Source: Deltaproteobacteria bacterium
GTDB lineage: Bacteria; Acidobacteriota; Thermoanaerobaculia; Multivoradales; JAHZIX01
DNA length: 64,000 nucleotides
Reading direction: 5' to 3'
Assembly: GCA_022601195.1 (NCBI GenBank)
Contig: JAHZIX010000006.1
Location: 16,629 to 80,628, forward strand
The notes below the pieces were generated by a model. The model ran no database searches and had not been told where the DNA came from. It worked only from the letters and a program-made list of their open reading frames with translations. The first letter of the stretch is position 1. Every line of letters begins with the position of its first letter. Positions 16,316-24,792 of this stretch are shown here, in pieces. A program made the translations under genes and the position numbers.

Positions 16316-18105
16316 GGGGTCGCTCCTTTGTTCGGTTGATGGGATGGCTGCGGACTCTGGGGTGGCTTCGGTTCCTGGAGCGGCGAAGTTGCCGGCGTGG
16401 TGGAACCTCTTGGAAGCAATAGACCATCTGGAAGCGACAGGTCTTCTGGAAAGGACAGGTCATTTGGTAGCGAAAGGGCGAACAGCAGTAGGTGCTCGGA
16501 TCGAAGGATCTCGGTGGCAAAGCTCGGTGGGCTGGAGAAATCCTGCTGATGCTCCGAATCTACCGCCAGGTAACCGAGAGACCCGGGAAAGACTCTAGGT
16601 AGCTCCTCTCTCACTCTCTCTACCAGAGGCCAGTTGGTGACCCCTCGCACAACGTGCCGCTCCGCGTAATAGACGGGAATCATATTGGTTTGAGGAGACA
16701 ACACCACGGCGCCCTGAGGGATGGCCTGGCGGATTTCTTGGGCGTAGTCCAAGAGAGGGTGGGAGATCTCGCGGGGGCCGGAGGCGTTTACCCTTCCCTT
16801 GGCAACCAGGGGGAAAAGCAGGGTTGCTGGAAGAACGCCCAGGAGAGTCCAGCGGGCTGCCCTGCGTAGGGCAGGGGACGGGGAGACATCGCAGTGGGCT
16901 AGAGCGCTGGCTACTGCCACTCCGACGCTGCCGGCAAGAAACGGAGCGCCGATATACATCTCGTATTGGTGGTTATAGGCGTGGTTCTTCATCAAGAGGA
17001 ACCAAGCGACCCACATAGTGGCCAGTCCACCGAGAGCGTAACCTGCCTCGATGTTTGGTCGACGGCGGTGTAGCCAGCCAGCTATCACTGCCCATCCTGC
17101 CGCCGTAACCACGAGCTGTCCGTTGGCCCAGATTCGCTCCGCGAAGGTGAGAACAACCTGGGCTAGGGAAGGTTGTAGATAGCTGCCGTAGCTGTGGTGG
17201 TTGACCAGGGTATGCACCTGAAAAGCCTGCTCTGGGGAGTACTCGAGGCCGAGGCGAAAGGCGACGGTGTGCCAAAGGTCCTCCAACAGCCCCGGCGACT
17301 GCCATGCGTAGAGCCCCATGACCAGGAAGACGGTGACTCCGGCGGTGAGGCAGTAGCCAGCTGCCAAGACCAGGTCGAATCGCCGTCGCCGAAACAGCGC
17401 CAGGCCCAGCAGGCCCCCTGTGGCGAGGGCTGGTTCCCAGGAGGTTCCCACGGCGGCTGCCATGGAGGTGATTCCGAGCCAAGGCCAGGGGCTTTTCCAC
17501 TGGTTTTGTTTCGTCTGGTTTTGTTTCGTCTGGGTTCGTTTCGTCTGGGCCCGTTTCGTCGCTTCGACAAAGCCGAGCAAAGCGAGAAGGGTAAAGGCCA
17601 GGGCCAGATGGAGATGCATCACCATTTCTCCCTTGATGGCCACGATAGGCAAGCAAAGGAAGGTGAAGGCTCCTACCAGAGCAGCGCGTTGGCTCAGGCA
17701 GGCACGCAGCAGCCAACCGACAAGGGCAGCGTTTATGAGCAAAAGGAAGGTGGCGAAGCCACGGGCGGCCATGGGGGACTCCCCAAACACTGCAAAAACC
17801 CAGCTCAAGACAATGGGGAAAAGGGGGGGCCAATGAAGATAGGCATCCGGTTCCAGGCCCAATGGTGAGTGGTTCTGGATGGGTAGACCGCCCAGCCCGA
17901 ATACTCCGTGCTCCTGATATGCGTGGGCTATGGTCGCGAAGTGGGCCGACACCCAACCGTTGGTGACCAGGGGTTGAGAATAGCGAAGGCCGTGGCTGAT
18001 CAGGGTCAACAGGATCGCCAGAGCCAACCAGGCGAGCAGGATAGGTTCCCTGGTGGCGGCAGGGTTCCTGGCTTCCTCGGCCTCGGGCTGTCGGTGGGCT
18101 TCCAT
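16312..18105 (-). CDS. GT-C-fold polytopic membrane glycosyltransferase (ArnT/PMT-like, polyprenyl-P-sugar dependent)
   Basis: 597 aa, many TM helices, large hydrophilic C-terminal domain. An internal five-residue repeat TKRAQ/TKRTQ/TKQNQ/TKQNQ is encoded by a 15-bp tandem DNA repeat. The start overlaps the UbiA gene by 1 nt. Confidence 0.55.
   Translation of the reverse strand: MEAHRQPEAEEARNPAATREPILLAWLALAILLTLISHGLRYSQPLVTNGWVSAHFATIAHAYQEHGVFGLGGLPIQNHSPLGLEPDAYLHWPPLFPIVLSWVFAVFGESPMAARGFATFLLLINAALVGWLLRACLSQRAALVGAFTFLCLPIVAIKGEMVMHLHLALAFTLLALLGFVEATKRAQTKRTQTKQNQTKQNQWKSPWPWLGITSMAAAVGTSWEPALATGGLLGLALFRRRRFDLVLAAGYCLTAGVTVFLVMGLYAWQSPGLLEDLWHTVAFRLGLEYSPEQAFQVHTLVNHHSYGSYLQPSLAQVVLTFAERIWANGQLVVTAAGWAVIAGWLHRRRPNIEAGYALGGLATMWVAWFLLMKNHAYNHQYEMYIGAPFLAGSVGVAVASALAHCDVSPSPALRRAARWTLLGVLPATLLFPLVAKGRVNASGPREISHPLLDYAQEIRQAIPQGAVVLSPQTNMIPVYYAERHVVRGVTNWPLVERVREELPRVFPGSLGYLAVDSEHQQDFSSPPSFATEILRSEHLLLFALSLPNDLSFPEDLSLPDGLLLPRGSTTPATSPLQEPKPPQSPQPSHQPNKGATP
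17501..17560. repeat. 15-bp tandem repeat x4 (tggttttgtttcgtc; two perfect plus two diverged copies) inside GT-C coding sequence
   Basis: Read directly: tggttttgtttcgtc tggttttgtttcgtc tgggttcgtttcgtc tgggcccgtttcgtc. In frame this encodes TKxxQ pentapeptide repeats. Confidence 0.8.
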
Positions 18106-19100
18106 TACATGCCCGGAACGGTTGGTTCCAGGAGGCGATGCACCCAGGGGATATCGAAGTAGAGCAGCAGGAGGATCACTGCAGCGCAGCCGAGGATGGC
18201 GAACATCAGGTGGGGTTCTTTGTACAGTCGCTCCGGAGCTTGGGCGGCACTGTTGTTCTTGAAAGCTACTGAGAGGTATAAGGCCATCACCAAGGCAACA
18301 AAGGGAAAAGAGAGAATCAGCTCCAGGCGGTACCTCATGATGAAAGCGCCTAGGAAGAGCATGGCTGCCGAGCTATAGAACATCACTGAGATCAACAGCT
18401 TGTCCAGTGTGTAGACGCCGAAGGAGCGCCGGTAGCCGGTGGTCTGCGCCGTACTGCCCAACTGCCTCAGCTCGGCGTAGCGTTTGATGGCCATGAAGTA
18501 CGCCCCCACCATCCAATAGCTAAGCAATAGGGAGCCTGGGGGAGCTCCCAAGGGAGTGGCTATATACCAACCGGCGAGCATGCGCAGGGGGTTGTTGACC
18601 GCTTCGGACAGGGCGTCCAAGTAGGCGACTTCCTTGGTTCGAATGGGGCGGACGTTGTAGACCACCCCCATGAGCCAGAGGGCTCCGAGAGTCCAGGCCA
18701 ACCCCGGGGAGACAGAGGCTCCCAAAGCGATTCCGGCTGCGCCGAAGACGATCCATTGGAGGTACGCGAGAGGGATGTGTACCTGGCCACTTGGAACCGG
18801 CCGGTGGCGCTTAGTGGGGTGGAGGCGATCAAAAGGGGCGTCGAGGACCTCGTTCAAAGTGTAGTTGCTGGAGGCCACCAAACAGGTGGCCAGGAGCCCC
18901 ACGGCAATCGCTAGCCAGAGCTGGTTGCCGGCGGCTTGGGGAGCCAGGGTCAAGGCGACGACGATGCCCGGCAGCACGAAGACATTCTTTACCCAATGGT
19001 CGAGGCGCAGGATGGCTAGATGGCCCGCCAGAGAAGGACGGCTCGCTTCGGTGGGCCGGGAGGAGCTGCTGGGGGCAGGTGGTTGAGGGGGCTCGCTCAA
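18105..19100 (-). CDS. UbiA-superfamily prenyltransferase, decaprenyl-phosphate phosphoribosyltransferase (DPPR)-like
   Basis: NEVLDAPFDRLHPTKRHRPVPSGQV contains the NxxxDxxxD motif plus the R..RP.PSG segment of UbiA enzymes. A second acidic motif lies at YLDALSE. It has ~8 TM helices and 331 aa. Confidence 0.75.
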   Translation of the reverse strand: MSEPPQPPAPSSSSRPTEASRPSLAGHLAILRLDHWVKNVFVLPGIVVALTLAPQAAGNQLWLAIAVGLLATCLVASSNYTLNEVLDAPFDRLHPTKRHRPVPSGQVHIPLAYLQWIVFGAAGIALGASVSPGLAWTLGALWLMGVVYNVRPIRTKEVAYLDALSEAVNNPLRMLAGWYIATPLGAPPGSLLLSYWMVGAYFMAIKRYAELRQLGSTAQTTGYRRSFGVYTLDKLLISVMFYSSAAMLFLGAFIMRYRLELILSFPFVALVMALYLSVAFKNNSAAQAPERLYKEPHLMFAILGCAAVILLLLYFDIPWVHRLLEPTVPGM

Positions 19101-20008
19101 GGCTGCCTCGCGTAGAGTACGACCATCGAATCTCTAGGGTTTACAGGGATCACACGTTCATAAAGCCAAGCTAGTGGCGCGATGCGTTTGGCCATCCGGT
19201 TCACGAAGCCAACGGGGAGGTAGCGCTCCAGGCGTTCCGCCACGTATCCCACGGGGAAGAACCACCGAGCCCGGCGAAAGCCAATGGGGTGAAGGCCCGC
19301 TGCCTGCGCCGCACGGTCGAGGGATCGACGGTCGAAGTAGCCTACATGGGCGAGACGAAAGTGCCACCAACGATGCCGCAGTATCTTGGCTGCAAGGCTG
19401 CCCACATCCGGCGTTACGACCATCAATCGGCCGTTCGATTCCATGCCCTCGGCACAAGCGCGCAGCAAGGCCACCGGATCGGGGACATGCTCGATGACGT
19501 CGATCAGACAAACCGCGTCGAAGCGGTGTCCGCTCAACTTTGGGTGGGGATAGGTTCCTTGCAGAATTCCCACGCTGTGGAGTCGTTGGGCCGTTGCCAC
19601 GAGGGCTTGGCTTGGCTCGACCCCCTCGGTCTTCCAGCCTCGAAGATTGGCCTCGGCGATCAGGGCTCCAGCTCCAGCTCCGATGTCCAAGAGGGTCTTG
19701 GCTTCGGGAGCGGCCTTGCGCAGCACCTTCAGCAACCAGCTCATTTGCAAGCGCCGGCTTTCCTGACCTTCTTCATACCCGGAGTCTTCGAGTTCTTCAT
19801 AGAGACTCAGCAGCTTCGCCAATTCGCCGCCTTCAGCAAAGATAAAGCCGCAATCCGGACAACGGACAAGGGATAGGGTCAGGCCGTAGCGAGCATCGGT
19901 GATTTTGAGATCATCGGGTACCAGCTCCCGGTCGAGATTTCTCGGCTTCCAGGGCTGGCTCTGGAGCGAGCCGCAGATCCAGCAAGCGTTTTCTATGAGT
20001 CTTTCCAT
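19097..20008 (-). CDS. Class I SAM methyltransferase with N-terminal Zn-ribbon
   Basis: CWICGS...CPDCG forms a Cys4 ribbon. MTase motif I is LLDIGAGAGALIAEANLRG. Motif III/post is VCLIDVIEHVPDP...GRLMVVTPD. Confidence 0.75.
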   Translation of the reverse strand: MERLIENACWICGSLQSQPWKPRNLDRELVPDDLKITDARYGLTLSLVRCPDCGFIFAEGGELAKLLSLYEELEDSGYEEGQESRRLQMSWLLKVLRKAAPEAKTLLDIGAGAGALIAEANLRGWKTEGVEPSQALVATAQRLHSVGILQGTYPHPKLSGHRFDAVCLIDVIEHVPDPVALLRACAEGMESNGRLMVVTPDVGSLAAKILRHRWWHFRLAHVGYFDRRSLDRAAQAAGLHPIGFRRARWFFPVGYVAERLERYLPVGFVNRMAKRIAPLAWLYERVIPVNPRDSMVVLYARQP

Positions 20009-20056
20009 GGTACCCGCGGATCATGGCACATTTGCCTTCTGCTACACTCGCCCGCC

Positions 20057-21466
20057 ATGAAACTCAGTGTGTTGATTCCCGTGTACAACGAGCGCTATCT
20101 CGTGGCAGAGCTGGTGCGCCGAGTCTTGGTGGCACCGCTTCCAGAAGGGGTCGGACGGGAGATTATCATCGTCGATGATGGCTCCCGGGACGGTACTGTG
20201 GAAGTGGTCGCGAAGATGGAGAGCGAGCACCCTGACCAGATTCGTTTCATTCAGCACGAAAAGAACCAAGGCAAGGGTGCCGCGGTTCGGACTGCGATTC
20301 GCGAGGCCAGCGGCGATTTCGCCATCTTTCAGGACGCCGACTTGGAATACGATCCCCGCGACTACGAGCGACTCCTGGAGCCTCTTTTGTCCGGTCAGGC
20401 GGATGTGGTCTACGGCTCCCGCTTCCTTCCTTCTCAACGTCGCCGTGTTCTCTATTTTTGGCACAGCCTGGGCAACCGCTTCCTCACCCTTCTGTCCAAT
20501 ATGTTTACCAATCTCAATCTCACCGACATGGAAACCTGCTACAAGGTTTTTCGCACCGAGGTCCTAAAGACGATCCCCATTCGCAGTAACGATTTCGGCC
20601 TCGAGCCGGAGATCACCGCCAAGGTTTCCAAGCGGGGGCTGCGTCTCTACGAAGTTCCCATTAGCTATGACGGGCGAACCTATCTGGAAGGCAAGAAGAT
20701 CGGTTGGAGGGATGGCTTACGGGCCCTCTACGTGATCCTCAAGTATCACTTCATCGACGATCTCTACGATGAGAAAACCGGCCATGCGATCCTCTCGGAC
20801 CTGTCTCGGGCGCACCGGTTCAATCGTTGGATGGCAGACATCATCCGCCCCGAGTTGGGCCACTCAGTGCTCGAAGTGGGAGCTGGAATCGGCAATCTCA
20901 CCTCCCAGCTACTGCCTCGGGAACGGTACATCGCTAGCGATTTCGACGATCTTCACCTCGATGTCCTGCAAAATCTGGCCATGAATCGGGTCGGCCTCGA
21001 CGTCCATCGTCTCGATGCCTCAGAGGCCGAGGGCTATGCAGGCTTTCGGGGCGATATCGACTCTATAGTCTGCCTCAATGTTCTCGAGCACATTCCCCAA
21101 GCGGCGGCCTCGTTGAAGAATTTTTACGATTCCTTGGCCCCAGGGGGCCGAGTGATCATCTTGGTGCCTCAGGGGAAATGGCTCTTCTGTCCTTTGGACG
21201 AGGCTTTGGAGCACGTCAAGCGCTATTCGCCCCAGGAGCTGCGAGAGGAACTGGAGGCAGCGGGTTTCGAGGTGGAAAAGGTCCGTCATTTCAACCGCAT
21301 CGGAGTGATCGGCTGGTTCTTGAACGGCAAATTGCTGCGTCGGGTTCAGCTGGCCAAGATTCAGCTGAAGATTTACGACTCCTTGGTGTGGCTCTGGCGA
21401 GGCATCGATCGGTTCTTACCGTGGCATGGACTCTCGGTCATCGCCGTGGGCCGCAAGCCGGAATAG
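20057..21466 (+). CDS. GT2 polyprenyl-phosphate sugar synthase (ArnC/DPM1/GtrB-like) fused to C-terminal class I SAM methyltransferase domain
   Basis: The N-terminal MKLSVLIPVYNE...IIVDDGSRDGT...IFQDADLEYDP...VVYGSRF matches the DPM1/ArnC family. C-terminal residues ~260-469 carry SVLEVGAGIGNLTSQLL...SIVCLNVLEHIPQ...GGRVIILVPQ (MTase motifs I and III). Confidence 0.8.
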   Translation: MKLSVLIPVYNERYLVAELVRRVLVAPLPEGVGREIIIVDDGSRDGTVEVVAKMESEHPDQIRFIQHEKNQGKGAAVRTAIREASGDFAIFQDADLEYDPRDYERLLEPLLSGQADVVYGSRFLPSQRRRVLYFWHSLGNRFLTLLSNMFTNLNLTDMETCYKVFRTEVLKTIPIRSNDFGLEPEITAKVSKRGLRLYEVPISYDGRTYLEGKKIGWRDGLRALYVILKYHFIDDLYDEKTGHAILSDLSRAHRFNRWMADIIRPELGHSVLEVGAGIGNLTSQLLPRERYIASDFDDLHLDVLQNLAMNRVGLDVHRLDASEAEGYAGFRGDIDSIVCLNVLEHIPQAAASLKNFYDSLAPGGRVIILVPQGKWLFCPLDEALEHVKRYSPQELREELEAAGFEVEKVRHFNRIGVIGWFLNGKLLRRVQLAKIQLKIYDSLVWLWRGIDRFLPWHGLSVIAVGRKPE

Positions 21467-22846
21467 TCGCCGTCTCGAAGTTTCCAGGCCGGCGGCGGCG
21501 TAGAGACAGAGGATCGGCGTAATGGGAACGCGAAATCGGTGGTAGGACTCCGGGCCGGCAGAAATGAGTACCAGATAAGCGGCGACTCCCCAGGCACAAA
21601 GGTCGAAGACTTCGACCCGGCGGTGGCGAAGGGATGTCCACCACCAGCGGGCTCCACCCCAGTAGAGGACCGCCAAAAAGGCCAGCAGTACCAGAGCGAC
21701 CAGAAAGCTCATCGATCGTTCTAGAACCCACCGCCTCAGGTAGTCCCTCGGCTTCAAGCGAAACAGATCTCCCAGCGGTCCGGAGCTGGGAATGGGAATG
21801 CCGAGCAACCGCATCACGGTGTGTTCACCGGTTCCCCCGAGGGTTGCCGCCATGCCCACCAGCTGCATTTTCGCGACTTCTGCCGGATGCTGAGCCAAAA
21901 TGGCTAGACCTTCTTCCTTCCACCGTTCGGTGAGCTCTTCTTCAGTGAAGTCACGGGTTTCCGGATGAAGCTCCCGGTACCAACCCTTTCCCAGCTGATG
22001 GCGGGCTTCCTCGAGGCTGATGCCATCTCGCAAGGAGATGACTTTGGCGCCTCGGAAGAACAACAGATCCAAGCCGACGATTTGGCTGATATCGCCGCTA
22101 CCGGTGAGGCGATAGTTGCGCAGTTGCCAGCCTCCCAACAGTCCCACTACGGGAATAAGGAAGGCCAAGAGAGCCGCGCAGGTCTTTTGAGGCGAGAGAT
22201 GGCGCCGCCACGCTGCCACCAGGATCCAGCCGGCGACAGCGGGCGCCAAGTAGTAGCTGATCGGCCTCACCAAGGTCGCCACGGCCAGCAACAGGCCGAT
22301 GCCGCCGGCCCACAGAACCCCCCGATTTCCCTTGGCAAAACGGAGGGCGCAAAACAACATGGCAACCATGAGGAATGCGAAGAGGGTCTCGGTGAGTAGA
22401 AGGAGCGAGTGGGAAAAAGAGGCTGCATCGAGGGTGAGAAGGCCCGCGGCGGCGATTCCCACCGGTGTGGAGAAACGCTCTTGGGTGAGGCGAAAAAGAA
22501 GCAGTATCGTTGCCAGGCTAAGGAGGATCTGCCAGGCGATACCCGCTGCTGGTCTTTCTCCTGCCAAAGCATAGGCGGGAGCCAGAAAAATCGGGTAGCC
22601 GGGTGTGCGACGAGTCTCCGGGACGTTGGGGCGGTCGGCGGACACGGAGAACCTTCCCGCTTGCAACAGAGAGCGGGTGGTCTCGTGATAGGCGACCGAG
22701 TCGGTGTAGACGAAACGGGCCGGGTCCTGGGTCACCACGACCCCCCACACAAGAACCTTGAGAACTGCCGAAATGGCCAGCAGCCCCAACAGGCATTTGG
22801 GCAAGCCTCCCCTGGGCAGTTTCACTGGGTTACCCCTCCTCGGCAT
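21416..22846 (-). CDS. GT-C-fold glycosyltransferase, ArnT (GT83)/PMT-like
   Basis: The first periplasmic loop FVYTDSVAYHETTRSLLQ aligns with the ArnT TDETRYAEISREML motif (T-D-x-x-x-Y-x-E-x-x-R-x-x-L), and there are more than 10 TM helices. The probable start is at Met34 (MPRRGNPVKL); the ORF extends to 22945. Confidence 0.7.
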   Translation of the reverse strand: MPRRGNPVKLPRGGLPKCLLGLLAISAVLKVLVWGVVVTQDPARFVYTDSVAYHETTRSLLQAGRFSVSADRPNVPETRRTPGYPIFLAPAYALAGERPAAGIAWQILLSLATILLLFRLTQERFSTPVGIAAAGLLTLDAASFSHSLLLLTETLFAFLMVAMLFCALRFAKGNRGVLWAGGIGLLLAVATLVRPISYYLAPAVAGWILVAAWRRHLSPQKTCAALLAFLIPVVGLLGGWQLRNYRLTGSGDISQIVGLDLLFFRGAKVISLRDGISLEEARHQLGKGWYRELHPETRDFTEEELTERWKEEGLAILAQHPAEVAKMQLVGMAATLGGTGEHTVMRLLGIPIPSSGPLGDLFRLKPRDYLRRWVLERSMSFLVALVLLAFLAVLYWGGARWWWTSLRHRRVEVFDLCAWGVAAYLVLISAGPESYHRFRVPITPILCLYAAAGLETSRRRLFRLAAHGDDRESMPR

Positions 22847-23970
22847 TTCCCCTCTTCGGCGGCGAGGCGCAAGACTTTTTCGACTCTTCCGCCGGCTACC
22901 TGCCAATTGAGATCCGACTCGTAGCGTCTGCGGCTGTCGATACACAACCGGTGATAGCGCTGCGGTTGGGCCATCAAGCGAGCGATGGCTTCGGAAAAAG
23001 CTTCCGCCATGGCCCCGGCGGGGAGAACCACGCCGGAGGTACCGTTCTTCACGGAAGTAGCGATGCCTCCGACATCTCGGGTCACGACCGGGAGGCCAAA
23101 GGCTGCAGCCTCGGCGGTGACGATAGGAGAGGGGTCGAAGCGAGCTGGGTGAAGCAACAGATGCGACCTGCGGTAGAGCTCTAGGTAGGTCTCGAGCTCT
23201 TGAGATCGGCTCTTTCGAAACGGGCCCACAAAGCGAATATGCTCCTCATCGGATCCCGAAAGCCCACAGATCGTCAACCGAGTGGGGTTGCCGGAGCGGT
23301 TCAGCTGTCGAGTCGTCTCCATGGCGATATCGATACCTTTGCGGTGGAAGTTCCGGCCCACGGTGAGGAGCTCCAAAGGCTCTGCCAGGGACCGCGGAGG
23401 GGGAGCCCCATCGGGAACCTTGTCTTGGGGCAACGCCGAGGGATTGGGAAAGGTATGAATACGGCGCGCATCGAAGCCGTAGTCGCGAGCCAAGCCTTCG
23501 GCGGACCAACCACTATGGGTGATCAAGTGGGAGCAGCGGGCAAAGGCGCGATGTTCCTGCCAAATATTCAGTTTCATGGCCAAATCTCCGAACTCCTCAT
23601 ATCCACTTTGGTAGCCACGGAAACTGGTGTCCAAGCGGAAGACGCAAGGGGTAGAGCCGCGGTAAAAAACCAACGATGGCTGAAACAGAGTGAACACGAC
23701 ATCTGCTTTGGCTGCCTCTTCGGCCCGGTTCAGCCCCGCTGATGCCCGCCGGGTCAGGCTGTGGGGGAACTTGGCGTATCGCTTCTTGATCCCTCGCTGG
23801 TAAAGGCGTTTCAAGACTCTCTCCCAGGCGCTGGGTGGGTGTCTAAAGGGCCCGACGAGACTCATGTCATGGCCTCGTTCCGCCAGAGAACGATAGAAGT
23901 TGAAGTCGGCGCCGCTCGCAGCGTCCGGGTCTCTGGGGTCGTGGCGATAGGCGGAATAGAGGATTCTCAT
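22822..23970 (-). CDS. Glycosyltransferase family 4
   Basis: 382 aa. HLLLHPARFDPSPIVTAEAAAFGLPVVTRDVGGIATSV is a GT4 C-domain motif. Confidence 0.8.
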   Translation of the reverse strand: MRILYSAYRHDPRDPDAASGADFNFYRSLAERGHDMSLVGPFRHPPSAWERVLKRLYQRGIKKRYAKFPHSLTRRASAGLNRAEEAAKADVVFTLFQPSLVFYRGSTPCVFRLDTSFRGYQSGYEEFGDLAMKLNIWQEHRAFARCSHLITHSGWSAEGLARDYGFDARRIHTFPNPSALPQDKVPDGAPPPRSLAEPLELLTVGRNFHRKGIDIAMETTRQLNRSGNPTRLTICGLSGSDEEHIRFVGPFRKSRSQELETYLELYRRSHLLLHPARFDPSPIVTAEAAAFGLPVVTRDVGGIATSVKNGTSGVVLPAGAMAEAFSEAIARLMAQPQRYHRLCIDSRRRYESDLNWQVAGGRVEKVLRLAAEEGKCRGGVTQ

Positions 23971-23973
23971 GAA

Positions 23974-24792
23974 TCACTCGTCGCCGGAGCCCCGGGGGGA
24001 CGAGGGTGCCCGGGCGGCGACCAACAAGTCGATCGCCTTGTTCGGTGTGGTTTCCCGTTGGGTTCTCTTCCAGAGTTTCCAAACGAACGGCAGGCGGTTC
24101 ATGTATTTGCGCAGCTTGAGGCGGGCTCCCTCACAGCGTCTCCCGTGGCCGCGAAATTCCAACACCTCGAAGCCGCTGCTCTCGAGGAGAGCCGACAGAC
24201 GTTCCTGGGAATAGTGGCGAAAGTGATGGGTTGGCATTTTCAGGTTCCAGCTCGGGGTGGTCAGAACCAGAAGCCCACCGGGAGCGAGAACTCGCCGAAT
24301 CTCCTCCAGGAGAGCTGTTTCCACCTCATCGGGCACATGCTCGATGACTTCGATGGCGGTGATTAGGTCAAAACTGCCAGCTTCGAAGGGTAGACGGTTG
24401 CCATCGTAGGCACGAAAGTCGATTTCAGGGGTGATCAATCTGGCAAAAGCGATGGCCCGTTCGCTGATGTCAACGCCGAAGGCACGGGTATCCCCGGCCA
24501 GATGGTCGAAGACATCGGAGGTCCAACGTCCGTCACCACAGCCGAAGTCCAGGTAGCGACCGATCGACGGCGGCCCGTTGCGGGAGATGAGCTCGAAGAT
24601 GATGCGTTGTTTTTCCTCACGGAAAAAGCGCGGCAGCCTCTGCTCCGGGAACCAGTGGTAGGGCAAGCGGTACTGTTTTTCTTGCTCGTCGATAGGGGAA
24701 GTTGGGGGTTGAGATGTCACAGCGTCCCCTCCCTGGGCAGCCGGGATTCGATCTCCAGAAGCAGTCGCTCGGTTGCGATCTTCCATGTCCAA
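23974..24792 (-). CDS. Class I SAM methyltransferase (Methyltransf_11-like)
   Basis: YLDFGCGDGRWTSDVF is motif I. ...FDLITAIEVIEHVPD...PGGLLVLTTP follows. The start is uncertain because the first ~25 codons overlap the upstream GT4 C-terminus. Confidence 0.75.
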   Translation of the reverse strand: MDMEDRNRATASGDRIPAAQGGDAVTSQPPTSPIDEQEKQYRLPYHWFPEQRLPRFFREEKQRIIFELISRNGPPSIGRYLDFGCGDGRWTSDVFDHLAGDTRAFGVDISERAIAFARLITPEIDFRAYDGNRLPFEAGSFDLITAIEVIEHVPDEVETALLEEIRRVLAPGGLLVLTTPSWNLKMPTHHFRHYSQERLSALLESSGFEVLEFRGHGRRCEGARLKLRKYMNRLPFVWKLWKRTQRETTPNKAIDLLVAARAPSSPRGSGDE

